DNA of 64,000 bases from Adineta vaga (GCA_021613535.1 CP075495.1:10478001-10542000), one strand, 5' to 3'; shown: positions 1 through 12,594, counted from the first letter of the stretch. Translations and numbers: made by a program. The notes: a model not told the origin generated them from the letters alone.

Positions 1-301
1 AAAAACAAAATCATACAATGGCCAATTTTTTTGCTGAAAATCAACAAAAGAAAAAGAAAACAAGATAGTACTTCACTAACAGTACTTCGATTCAATTTTC
101 TCCGTTTTTTTTTCTATATTATAACATTAAAGAATGCAAAGATTTATTCTTTATGTTTTTTAGATATATTTACCTGCGAAAAAAGAACTTTATTTCAATA
201 CGTAAGCATTCCATTCGCAATATCTGTTAACATCACACCGTATACTTCATTCTTCGGTTTTAGAATGGCATATTTATGAATTGTGAAGAAAAAGAATTTC
301 A

Positions 302-3300
302 ATGCCTGGTGTTAATTTAAATTATGTAAGCTGATCTTTTTCGTCTTTAAAAGAAAAAATGGAAATATTAACTTTTCTTTCACTAAAATTTAGCATTCGT
401 CGATTTCTGTTGATCAATCTTCAACATATAATCATTCTTCTCAACAATATCTTTATTCATCGATTCAATCACAATTTTATCCATATGAATCTCATTCACA
501 ATTAACAAATTCTAGTGATCATCAAGAGAAATCGACTCAACGATCTCTCCCATTATCAACTAATTTGAAAAATACATCAATACAAAAAAAAACTGATTGT
601 AAATCTTCTAAGAATTGTTTTTTTTCTTCCTCATCCAATCAAACGTGTAAATTTAGGGAATGAAATTGAAATAACTGGAAATGTTCGAAATCTTTCTCCA
701 ACGTTATGGACATTATCTCAATTAACTGTTTTATATCTAAATGACAATCAACTAACGCGTCTACCATCGGAAATTGCTTGTTTAAATAATCTAGTCACAC
801 TTGATTTATCAAACAACAAACTCAGAAATCTTCCCTCAGAAATCGGTAAGTTTCATTTGAAATGAATTGATGAAGAATATCGTTTATTTTTTTGAATGCA
901 TATTTTCTTGTGTATAATATCTGTAACGAATGGCGGCAACGTCTCGTTTGCTTCACTGCATGTAAACGTCAGTTTTTATCATTCTTTTTTCTCGATATAC
1001 AAATCTGTCATGCATTATATTTTGACATTGTAAACACTGCCATCTGATTGTTTTGATTGATAGGTGATTTGATAACTTTACGTGAATTAAATTTAACAAA
1101 CAATTCAATTCGAAACTTACCATATGAAATTGGAAAATTATTTCGTTTACAAACCTTAGGTAATTAATTAGTTTTCATCAGAAAAATATATTAATTGAAA
1201 TGAAAATGATTCAATAGGTTTATTAGGAAATCCATTACCCAATGATATTCTTTCGATTTTTATGGAAACAAATGGTTTACACAAATTATTAACATATTTT
1301 CTGGATAATTATTCATCATCATTCAATGGTATTATAAATGAAAAACTGTTTTTTTTTCTTTTCCGATTGCCATGAGTTTACTTTTCTCTTCATCATCATC
1401 ATCATCATCATCATTTTCTTTTGTTCTCGCAATTGTAAAGTTTCAGAATATAGACTTGATTCTTACTACGTTCGTGAATTTCTCTTGTCAACATGGCATC
1501 AAACAAATGCAAACGAGAATTTCAATTCATCGGTAAGTTAATGATAAATATCGAATTCGTACTGGAGAAATAATAAAGAATATCTTGACCTCTTACTATT
1601 ATTGCTTGCTTAGTCAACGGTCATTGTTTCGTTCCGAGGGCTTCAATGTTTACTCATTTAGTTCGAATTGAAAGTGTTCACGTTGCAAACAAAGAAGACG
1701 ATTAATTTTCTCTTTTTCTTCTTCTTCTTCTTCTTTTGATCAAATAAATGAAGTTCTTCAAGAAATATTACTTATTCAAATGTATGATGAAAGACTATAT
1801 AATTAGAAGAAAAAAACAATTTTCCGTTTGTAACTACAGTTGAAATTGTACTCTTACATTTTCTTCGCGATTTGGCGATGTTTTTTAATTTTTCTTTGTA
1901 AGTATGCATGAAATTTTTTGCTTTGACAACTATCAATAGTAATGTTGTTATCAAGGTGTACAGAGGTAGCTTTTAGTGTATCGATTGTTTACATATAGTA
2001 ACACGAAAGAGAAAGTGTTCGAAAGAAAAAAGAAAAAAGTAGAATTAAAATAAAGTTTCGGGCGCTTTTTCATTGGTAAATATACTTTATTCTACCATAT
2101 AAATTTAAATATTTCAATCTGTTATTGATTTTTGTGGTTAACAATTTAACTGTGCATAGAATAACAGATTTTTCTTTCTAGTTTTGATTTCAATCGAAAG
2201 GTAAAAGTACAATACTGTATAATCATTACTGTTTTCTTTTTCTTCTTTTGTTTAATTGTTAGTTAATAAGATATGCCGTCATTTCAATCAAATTGCTAAT
2301 AGTACATAGAGAATGAAAATAAGTAAAGTTATTAGGCGTTTAAAAAAATGAGACAAACTACCATCTAAATAAGTATATGTCATTGTATTTCATGCATCAT
2401 TGCTCATAGCCAATCGTAGTATATGTACATATACGAGTAAACGTTAAAAAAAGTGAGAGAAATAAGAAAAAGAAAGAAGATGAGTTCTAACTCGAAATGA
2501 CGATCGAAAAAATTTTCTGTATATGGTAAAAATCGTTGTTGTTGTTATTATTTACAGGTATGAAAGTAAAAACCTTGATTGCAATTAAGCAGACAATACC
2601 CATATGTTTGTGTTTTTCTTTCGCTTTTCCTTTAACATCGATTTTATTATGTACCCGCTTTTCTTTTGGACGATTTTTTCTTTTTCTTCTTCTTCGTCTC
2701 ATTATTTAATGATATCATCATGATTAGGAATACGTTGATACAGTAAAGTGACGTGGACAGAAAAAAAAAGGAAACGTGACTTATTAAAGGTAAAAATCAA
2801 ATGAAAACGAATCAATCTCGAGATGGATTTGTTGAGTTTCCTCAATGAAGTACTTTTTTGTTCTCTTATCCGTTGTCTTATTCATTTTTCCGTCGTTTAC
2901 TTTCCAGGGTTACATTCATAATCGTTTCTTATTTTACCAAGTGAATATCTGTCGCCATTTCTCTCTTCAACATTCACCGATGCGCTTGAAGCTTTATTAA
3001 ATCATCAAGAGAGCTGTTTTTGCCATTTTTTTTTCAAAATTAACCAACGCAATTAGTATCGACTGAGAAGATGCGTGAATATGCCAACTTTTGTTTGCTG
3101 TTCATTCTCATCGAACCGAAAATAGACAAGAAAAAGAACCAGTACGATCCAGGGACGGTGAACTACACTATAAGGTTTTTCTTTTCTTTTCGACGAGGTT
3201 TTTTCTCCTTCTGTCTCTCTTTCGATGCGCTGAACAGAAAAAAAGAAAAAACGAGATTATTTTCCTTCTATTCGTCGTCTTTCTTTCTTATGTTCGATGA

Positions 3301-6300
3301 TTTGACAACGAGAAACATGTTGAGAAACAGGAGAAGAAGAGGAACAAAATGAGAAAAATATAATCGAGGTCTTATTAATATAACTTCTTCTATATTTATT
3401 TCTTCCGAATTGTAAAGAAACTAGTAACAATAGGTTTAGTATATTAAAAAAAACTAACAACAAGACGACTTTTTTTTTTATTCTGTTTCTGAGAGAATGA
3501 AATGCGCTCGATCACTTTAAAATTATTGAGAAAAAATAAACAGCAAAAACGAAACAAAATCAACGAAGAATTTCTCTTCTGATTGTCTCTCTTAACCTTG
3601 CCAATTCTGTTTCTCTCACACTATTATGAACACAACGATGACGAACGATCATGATCATTACAACGAGACAAGAGTAATGAGTGTGAGTGAAGCAATTGAC
3701 CTTCCTTTTTCATTTCTCTTTTTCTTCTATTTCGTTCTGATAATAACACTTCTAAGAAGCAATCTGTACATAAAAGAAAATATCAACTCAATCAAATATT
3801 TTTGTAATATTGATTGAAATAAGTTCCAGTTGGTTCCTCACTTCTTCTTCTTTTTCTTTCTTTTTTTTCGTAACATCGGCGGGGAGAATACGAATAAGAA
3901 AAGAAAGTCAAGTATACATATGTTGTACATTAACTTTATATACGTTTTTTTTCTTCTTTCTCATGTTTTAGTGGAACAAAATGACGAATTCATCTTTTTG
4001 ATACCAATTCAATAATCTATTTTTTTACTATTTTTTACTTGGTTCATATATTTCGCAAAAAAAAACATATTTAACTCATGTGTTCAGTAACTGAACCACG
4101 TCGTGCTACTGTTTCATGTAAAAATATTTTTACATCATCGACAAACGATCGTTCGACACCGTCGTCATCAGCATCAGCATCATTTCGACGATATAATAAT
4201 AATAATGCGAATGTCAAACGAAATCCTAATATGTATACGAATGTTTTCATTCGATCATCTAATCATTCGACAAAAAAACAACAACAAAGATTAGTTGACA
4301 TAACTAATGACAACCATTCCAATTCGAATGTCTTTCATATTCCATTTTCAACCGAACAAAGTTATGATAATGGAAAAAAATCTTTATCAAGTACAATTAA
4401 TAATACTAAACTACTCAGGACATCATTAAACCCGCTTTCACCAGCATTCTTTTCTACTCGTCATACATCATTATTAACGTCAGAACAAAAACAAGATACC
4501 CCATTAAGGTATGTTACTCTTTGTGAATAAAGAATCTAATTTGAAGAAGAAAGATTTTTGAGTTCAACCATTAATTACCCTAGAAAGACTTCTTTTATGT
4601 AATAACATATTGTATTGACTTTTTCAGTATATCTTTCAACTTTTGTCTTGATTTATAGACATGACTTTTTTTTATCTTTGTAGACAAACATACGTCCTTA
4701 AATCAATATTTTCTTTCAATTTCTAGTCATCCAAAAGTTGTTCTACTATCTGAAACATCTGATTATGGTAGTGGAACTGATCCTGAACTTCAATCAATTC
4801 AACATATATCACCACTTACAGATTCTTCACCATTTACATACGATATTGATAAATCATCATTTACATTTCCAACCATGGATCCCAATTCTAATTCATCAGC
4901 ACAAACTCGTCGTACATCTCTTTCCTCATCATCATCATCTTCATCTTCTTCACCTACATCTCCATCATCAAGTATAAGTAATCTATCATCCTATTCATCT
5001 TCATCGGAATTACAAACAACTTTCAATAATTCCAATCGTTTATCAAATAAAAAACATCTATCAATTAATAATAATACTTCGAATAACATGATTAATTGTC
5101 ATTGTGAAAAAGAAAATTCTTCATCACGTAAACGTAATCGACTTACTTCCCACCCAATTCGACGGTACACAACAGCAAATTATTGTGAAACTTGTCAAAT
5201 AAGACGAACGAAATTAAATTCTCGTTCAAAACTTCATTCCAATCGACAAACGAAACAACAACGTTCGAACAATCGATCTTATGATGAAATTTTCACACCA
5301 GTCAAATTTACCGTTGATTTAACTGGTCTGAATATCCATTATACCATTGAATATCATGATAATATGAAATGTACATGTTCAACAACATTAGTTTCATGTT
5401 ACAATTCATCTCGTTGTAAATATTCAGTTCTCAATGACTGGTCACCGATATTAATGATGAATTCATCCAATGAATATAATAATGAGTTGTATTATATTGA
5501 CACAAGTAACAATTTATGGCTGCCACCAACAATACCACCTGCTTTTAATTATCATGATTTATGTTTAACAAAATTTCATGAGAATAATCTTTCATCAGTT
5601 TATTTTGATGATAATGCCATTGTTGATGCCAGTGAACATATATCACCGTATTATCTTCGACGTATGATACCATTTATTGATAGAGAGTGTGAGAAAAATT
5701 GAAGAGAAAAGAGAACTAATATAAATACTAACTCATGGCGATCGATGTTCAGTTTTTTTTTCTTTCTTCTTCTTCTTCTTCTTCTGAAATTTCATTTTCT
5801 TTTTGTTTAGCTATTCAACCACCACCAACACGTGGATGGCTCCGTTTAGCCTCGCCAAATACTACCCAACCTACAGCGATTTTTACAGTAATGAATTATA
5901 ATATTCTCTGTGATAAATATGCGACCAGACATGTTTATGGTTATTGTCCATCTTGGGCATTAAAATGGGACTATCGTCGAAAACAAATACTTGATGAATT
6001 ACGTTCCTATGCCGCCGATATAATTGCATTACAAGTAAGAAAAATTAGAAGAAAAAAAAACAAGTGCATTTAAGCGAAGCAAATTTCGATACAGCTTGAA
6101 TCTTTTTTTTTTGTTGATCATGTATGGTACTCTAGATTAATGAAGTGAAAATTTTTCTTCTACTTCACTAACTTGTTGAGAAGTAGAACATATCCATCGT
6201 ACGCTAGTTGTCTTTGATTTTTATTTAATAGAGATTATTTAACAAAATTATAATTTCTCTCTTTTTCTTTTTTGTCTATTGTAGGAAATCGAAACAGATC

Positions 6301-7482
6301 AATTTCATTTATATTTTCTACCTGAATTACAAAAACTTGGTTATGATGGTGTTTTTAGTCCGAAATCACGTGCAAGAACAATGTGCGAACAAGATCGACG
6401 ATTTGTCGATGGTTGTGCTATTTTCTATCGACAATCAAAGTAATAGGAAATACAAATCATCTTATGTTTTCTATCGTATTTTGTTTTAATATAGATTTCG
6501 CTTGATCAAAGATTATCTTGTTGAATTCAATCAATTAGCAATGACAGCATCGAATGGTCTCGAATATCATGATATGATGAATCGTGTAATGACAAAAGAT
6601 AACATTGGTCTTGTTGCTGTACTCGAAACAAAAGACGAAATTTATTCACATTCATTTTCGAATAGTAAATGAAAATGAAAATTGATGATTAATTTTTATT
6701 TGTTCATTCTCTAGGTGTTTTATCATCGGATCATAAACAAATATTATTTGTTTGTACTGCACATATTCATTGGGATCCAGAATATTCAGATGTAAAAGTT
6801 GTGCAAACATTAATGTTATTATCCGAATTAAAAATGATTATGGAAGATGCGATGCAAAAACATCGAACGAATACTAATGTATCTACTAATTGTGCATCAG
6901 CACCACTTGTTCTTTGCGGAGATTTTAATTCTTTGCCAGATTCAGGTAACTAATTCAAATAAAAAACAATGATTTCGTTTCATTTCTTCTATGGAATAGG
7001 TGTCATTGAATTGATGCGTAATGGAAAAATTTCATTGAATCATGTCGATTTTAAAGATATTCAATATGAATCATATCTACAAAAAATCAATCGTTTAGAT
7101 GTGACATCGACTCAAAGTACCGATATTGTACATCATTTCAAATTACAATCAGCTTATGAAACAACATCATCGCCTATTATGCCTTATACAAATTATACGT
7201 AAATATTTGTTGATAGTTTTTGAATAAATATCAATTGTATTTTCCGACGATTCTAGATATGATTTTAAAGGTATTATTGACTATGTATTCTTTTCATCAC
7301 AGTTAATGCGCGTACTCGGTGTTTTGGGACCACTTGATCCTGAATGGTTACAATCAAATAAGATTGTTGGTTGTCCACAGCCGAATGTACCATCTGATCA
7401 TTTTTCTTTACTTGTTGAATTTGAATTAAATCCAATCACACAAAATTCAACAACAAATACTATCAGTGAAAAATATCAATGA
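302..7482 (+). CDS. CNOT6: CCR4-NOT subunit 6 (CCR4) deadenylase, LRR + EEP nuclease. Exons read as 302-325, 394-598, 657-845, 1064-1159, 1218-1328, 5811-6034, 6285-6439, 6495-6664, 6715-6945, 7000-7198, 7257-7482
   Basis: Spliced translation gives the LRR region WNEIEITGNVRNLSPTLWTLSQLTVLYLNDNQLTRLPSEIACLNNLVTLDLSNNKLRNLPSEIG and the EEP motifs YNILCDKYAT, ALQEIE, AHIHWDPEYSDVK, LCGDFNSLPDSG, TNYT-DFKGIIDY and PSDHF. Junctions are GT-AG and phase-consistent. The start codon is the least certain part. Confidence 0.93.
4078..5702 (+). CDS. Two-exon Ser/Asn-rich coding unit inside the large CCR4 intron (4078-4508, 4727-5688 or 5702): alternative N-terminus of CCR4, or a nested gene
   Basis: ORFs of 150 and 275 aa join in frame through AG|gtatgt (4508) and ttctag| (4726), giving about 465 codons in AT-rich DNA. 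A donor-like gtgaga at 5689 is in phase with the CCR4 exon at 5811. Confidence 0.7.
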
Positions 7483-8028
7483 TAACATATGATTCAACAT
7501 GAAAATCATAACATTTCTTATGTGCATTTCGAGAAAACAACAAAAATCTCTACATACGGTGAAATCTCAGGGGTACATAATGGTCATTTCGATTTCTATT
7601 CTTCTATGCATTTGTGTGACTCTATTCTTCGATATGTTTCTCAGTTTAACTTCTACAAGAATATGGTCATTGATCTTCTTCTCATTTCGATTTGTACGCA
7701 CGTAGGTATTACTAATCGTACAAATCATCAAAATATGTATACTTATTTTCGTTTTCTCTTGTTTTTTCTAATGTATGTATTGATCACTGAATTCATTTAC
7801 TTCATTATTAATCGCTCTCACGATAAGAATGAATTTGTTCATTCATATTTCTTGATGACAGTTGTACACACACACATACATACAAATACAATCACAAACT
7901 TTTCTTAATTACTTTTTCTCTTGCATTATTCCTGTTGTTTCTTTACCTACCTATGTGTATTTGACGACAACATTAAAAAAAACGTCGTTCAATAAAACAA
8001 AAATAAAATAGTGATTGAAAACAAACGA

Positions 8029-9450
8029 TTAAGATAGGAACATGTTAGAATTTTCTTCTGCTGATATAAATCGATCAATAAGGTCAAATGCAGCTCGTGG
8101 TTGTTCAGATGGAACCATATGACCAGCATTACGAACCCATGCAATAAAAAATGAATGTGCTTGTTTGATATATCCAGCTACTTCTCGATCATCATCTTTT
8201 ACTTTCCAAACTTTGCGTTCCGCATTGCGAACGTCTTCTGCATATTTCCATTGGAATTTATCTATCCATTCCATGGTTAATGATGATGCGATAATGACAT
8301 CCAGTAAACCATTATAGATTAAGACTTTATAGTTATTGTTTGCAATAACTGTAACCTTATCAACAATTGACTGCATCATATCATTAGCAAGAGCGATACC
8401 GACTGCATCACCATCATTATAAGTTAAATTTCCCACATGAATTTTTTGACGATTGTTACTTGCTGTTACCCATGGAACATAATAGTTAAAGGAATCTGGC
8501 ATTTGTGTTTGTAAATAATTATAGATATTATGCAAACCAGTTTTATTAGTATAGAAATCATCTAATAAATCACTAAATAATTCATAGGCAATCTGATATT
8601 GTTTCAATTCAATCGCATTTCGTGCTAATTCAGATTCTAAATTAACGCGTTCCATTTCTATCTCATCGATCAATCCAAATTGATAGAAAACTGGCCCATA
8701 ATTCCATTGATTGTATGGATCGATTAAACCATCACCGATAGCCATACCTTTCAGATTGATTTTTACTTTTGCTTGTGGATTTTCTATATGGATCTTATAT
8801 ACAATAGCTGGAACATATTTTCCACCATACGATTCACCAGTAACATAAAATGGACTTGGAATATGTTCAGGGAATATTTGGAAGAATTGTGTTAACATTG
8901 AATATAAATCACGGGCAACTTCATCTTCATTACGTACATAACCATCTTCACTCTTAGTAAAACTATAACCTGTTCCAACTGGTTGATCGATGTAAAGTAG
9001 ATGATATTTTGAGTTCCAAGTTATTTCACTTGGATGAAGTTTCTGTTCTTTATCAACCATTATTGGACCTTGTTCAGCAAATAAACCAAATAATGATGAT
9101 GCGCCTGGTCCACCTTGTAGCCAAACAAGCAATGGTGCACTTGCATTTCCAGTTTGCGAAGGAAAGAACCAAAAGAACAGATTGCTTTGATGAGTTTTAT
9201 TGACTGTAAGATAACCCGAATACGATGGAAATGAATAATCAGGTTGAAGATTAACTCGACTTAGATTTCTAGCCTGATCGATTTGACCAGATTCAATGTA
9301 AGGTGTAAGAAAAAGTGGTTGACCAGGATCATCGTTAGGCTGTATAGGTGTTTGTGGAATACTTGCTAATCGACGTCTTAAAGGATCAAAGGCTTGGATG
9401 AAAGTAAATAGATGAACAAGCACGAACAGTAAATGATAGAAATACTTCAT
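8029..9450 (-). CDS. CPVL: Secreted serine carboxypeptidase, peptidase family S10, CPVL/venom carboxypeptidase-like; intronless, copy A
   Basis: 473 aa with signal peptide, WLQGGPG, YIDQPVGTGYS, catalytic GESYGG (Ser), NGLLD (Asp) and AGHMVP (His). Confidence 0.92.
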   Translation of the reverse strand: MKYFYHLLFVLVHLFTFIQAFDPLRRRLASIPQTPIQPNDDPGQPLFLTPYIESGQIDQARNLSRVNLQPDYSFPSYSGYLTVNKTHQSNLFFWFFPSQTGNASAPLLVWLQGGPGASSLFGLFAEQGPIMVDKEQKLHPSEITWNSKYHLLYIDQPVGTGYSFTKSEDGYVRNEDEVARDLYSMLTQFFQIFPEHIPSPFYVTGESYGGKYVPAIVYKIHIENPQAKVKINLKGMAIGDGLIDPYNQWNYGPVFYQFGLIDEIEMERVNLESELARNAIELKQYQIAYELFSDLLDDFYTNKTGLHNIYNYLQTQMPDSFNYYVPWVTASNNRQKIHVGNLTYNDGDAVGIALANDMMQSIVDKVTVIANNNYKVLIYNGLLDVIIASSLTMEWIDKFQWKYAEDVRNAERKVWKVKDDDREVAGYIKQAHSFFIAWVRNAGHMVPSEQPRAAFDLIDRFISAEENSNMFLS

Positions 9451-9853
9451 CTGTCAGTATGTTCTATACGACAGGTATCTTGTTATAGGTAACTAAAATA
9501 AAAACAAGCATTACGTGCATGTAGTTATATACAATAAAATATATCTATCTCATTTCTTTCCTTCGTGCAGTCTATTGATGATAAAGCAGTAAGAAAAACG
9601 ATAGCTTCATGATATCAAGAGAAATGAGGACAAAATATTACTCGCACTCAACTAAAAAAGACAAATTTTGCTCTGAGAAGGTGATACTGCTGGAATTCTA
9701 CACAGATACACAATCATCTTGCATGTATAATTGATTAGCATATTTATTGTTTAAATTATGTTCGGAAATATATTTATGAAACGTTTTCTAAGTAAAAACA
9801 ATCATCAAGTGCAAAATAAAATAGAACAAAATAATGTGTTTCACAGGTTCTAT

Positions 9854-11242
9854 TTACGCTGATATAAATCGATCAATAAGGTCAAATGCAGCTCGTGGTT
9901 GATCAGATGGAACCATATGACCAGCATTACGAACCCATGCAATAAAAAATGAATGTGCTTGTTTGATATATCCAGCTACTTCTCGATCATCATCTTTTAC
10001 TTTCCAAACTTTGCGTTCAGCACCTCGTAATTCATTTGCAAACTGCCATTCAAGTTTATCTAACCAATCCATAGTTACTGAAGACGCAATAATAACATCA
10101 AGTAAACCATTGTAAATAAGCACTTTATAATTATTAGCAATCACAGCAACTTTGCCAACAATAGTTTGCATAACATCACTAGCTAAACCAGTTCGTACTC
10201 TTTCACCATCATTATAAGTTAAATTTCCCACATGAATTTTTTGACGATTGTCGCTTGCTGTCACCCATGGAACGTAATAGCCAAAAGCTTCTGGTAAATC
10301 AGTTAAGATATAATTATAAACATCACTCAAACCCGTTGCATTCGTATAGAATTCATCAAATAAATTACCAAAAATATCATATGCTAAACTATACTGTCCT
10401 AAACGAATAGCATTTCGTGCTAATGCTGTTTGTAAATTAACATATTCAAGTTGACGTTCATCAATCAATCCAAATTGATACATCGCTGGTCCCCAATCCC
10501 ATTGATTGTATGGATCGATTAAACCATCACCGATAGCCATACCTTTCAGATTGATTTTTACTTTTGCTTGCGGATTTTCCATATGGATCTTATATACAAT
10601 AGCTGGAACATATTTTCCACCATACGATTCACCAGTAACATAAAATGGACTTGGAACATGCTCAGGAAATATTTGAAAGAATTGTGTTAACATCGAATAT
10701 AAATCACGAGCAACTTCATCTTCATTACGCACATAACCATCTTCACTCTTAGTGAAACTATAACCTGTTCCAACTGGTTGATCAATGTAAAGTAGATGAT
10801 ATTTTGAATTCCAAGTTATTTCACTTGGATGAAGTTTCTGTTCTTTATCGACCATTATTGGACCTTGTTCAGCAAACAAACCAAATAATGATGATGAACC
10901 TGGTCCACCTTGTAGCCAAACAAGTAATGGTGCACTTGCATTTCCAGTTTGCGAAGGAAAGAACCAAAAGAACAGGTTGCTTTGATGAGTTTTATTGACT
11001 GTAAGATAACCCGAATACGATGGAAATGAATAATCAGGTTGAAGATTAACTCGACTTAGATTTCTAGCCTGATCGATTTGACCAGATTCAATGTAAGGTG
11101 TAAGAAAAAGTGGTTGACCAGGATCATCGTTAGGCTGTATAGGCGTTTGTGGAATATTTGCTAATCGACGTTGAAGAAAACCGAAACCTTGAGCAGAATT
11201 GAAAATATAACCAACAGTAAATAAAAGATACCAAGAGAACAT
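9854..11242 (-). CDS. CPVL: Secreted serine carboxypeptidase, S10, CPVL-like; intronless, tandem copy B
   Basis: 462 aa with the same motifs and intact triad; long stretches nearly identical to copy A. Confidence 0.92.
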   Translation of the reverse strand: MFSWYLLFTVGYIFNSAQGFGFLQRRLANIPQTPIQPNDDPGQPLFLTPYIESGQIDQARNLSRVNLQPDYSFPSYSGYLTVNKTHQSNLFFWFFPSQTGNASAPLLVWLQGGPGSSSLFGLFAEQGPIMVDKEQKLHPSEITWNSKYHLLYIDQPVGTGYSFTKSEDGYVRNEDEVARDLYSMLTQFFQIFPEHVPSPFYVTGESYGGKYVPAIVYKIHMENPQAKVKINLKGMAIGDGLIDPYNQWDWGPAMYQFGLIDERQLEYVNLQTALARNAIRLGQYSLAYDIFGNLFDEFYTNATGLSDVYNYILTDLPEAFGYYVPWVTASDNRQKIHVGNLTYNDGERVRTGLASDVMQTIVGKVAVIANNYKVLIYNGLLDVIIASSVTMDWLDKLEWQFANELRGAERKVWKVKDDDREVAGYIKQAHSFFIAWVRNAGHMVPSDQPRAAFDLIDRFISA

Positions 11243-11783
11243 CTTTCAGTATTGTATCGTATACGTGTTAGATATTCTTATCACTAGTTAAAAAGAAGAA
11301 ATATTCTATGTATTTATATATACATTAAATTGCATTGTAACTGACCTGTGTTTTTTTTTGTATTTACTATTTATCAGTGACGGAGAACTAGATAGTTATA
11401 ATTTGCATATATTCCAAGCAAGTATGTAGTATTGAGTTGAAACGAGCAGATATTATGATAAGATGTCTATTAAGCAAACGAAATTTACTTTTGTCATATT
11501 ATAGGGGTCGACATATGTCGTTCGATATTTAACATTATAAAAACTATTCTTCACCTATAAATAAGAATATAAAAATATTGACTGGGTAATTTAACAACTT
11601 CATAAATAATTTCAAGTATTCGACTTATTCGGATAAATACTGTTTTCAACTTGAATTTATTTGCTACAACAATCACTATTTTAACATTATAGCATAATAA
11701 GAAGAATACAAAACAAAGAATTCAGCACGAATAGTCTAAATGTTTGATATTATTCAAACAGATACAAGATTTACATTTACATT

Positions 11784-12594
11784 CTATCTAAATTCTCTTG
11801 CTTCCGATAATTTGTACAATTTTTCTAACATAAAACATGAGGTCACATAAGTTCGTAAAATTGAAAAAAATCCTGTAAAACAAAGTGCATATGTAATAAC
11901 TGAATGTATTTTTCTCGTAGATACATATTGTTTAATTTTTGTTATAAGTTTTTTTTCTTCTTCATGAATCAGAATATAGCGAACAACTAATAATGTATGA
12001 AATATATCTGGTCCATACCAATTCAATAAACGAAGATTTGGATGATCATGAATAGTAAGTGAACATATTGATGAAAGAAATGTGGTTTGATGTAACCAGG
12101 ATTGATCCGATGTTTTAAGTGTTTGAATATATGAATTAAATAATGAATTCCATAGTTCAATTGCAATTTCAAAGAAAAAATAGGCGATATACGAAGGATA
12201 AAGAAATCCAATACATGCATACATAGTAAAATGAGAATATTGATCTAATATATATTCGAAGAAATGTCCAACAATAGACGTTTGTTGTGACCAACGTGCT
12301 AAGCCTCCATCAAAAGAATCGAGAAAACCAGATATTGTATGGTAGATAACAAATAAAAGATATTTACGTTTACTAAGCAAAACAAAAAGTTTCTTTTATA
12401 ACTCAATTCAATGATATAGACATACCCAAAATATCGAAGACTAAGAAATATAAGTACTATGCGTATCCAAGATAACATATTAGGTACATTAAATAAAACG
12501 AACCATCCATTAATATTTACATGAGGATCTAAATTTAAGTTATAAGTTATTTATAAACTCCATTTAAAAGAAACTTACTCGTCGTATTGAACAT
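11784..12594 (-). CDS. CDP-alcohol phosphatidyltransferase family protein, phosphatidylinositol-synthase-like; 3 exons (about 12594-12579, 12528-12426, 12372-11784)
   Basis: Spliced N-terminus VLFNVPNMLSWIRIVLIF resembles the PIS PNxxxxxR element. Signature DSFDGGLARWSQQTSIVGHFFEYILD and several hydrophobic helices. Confidence 0.8.

Noticed and set aside
7489-7908. 139-aa ORF directly after the CCR4 stop
   Set aside because: It lies in the presumed 3' UTR (AATAAA near 7991), has AT-driven composition and shows no motifs.
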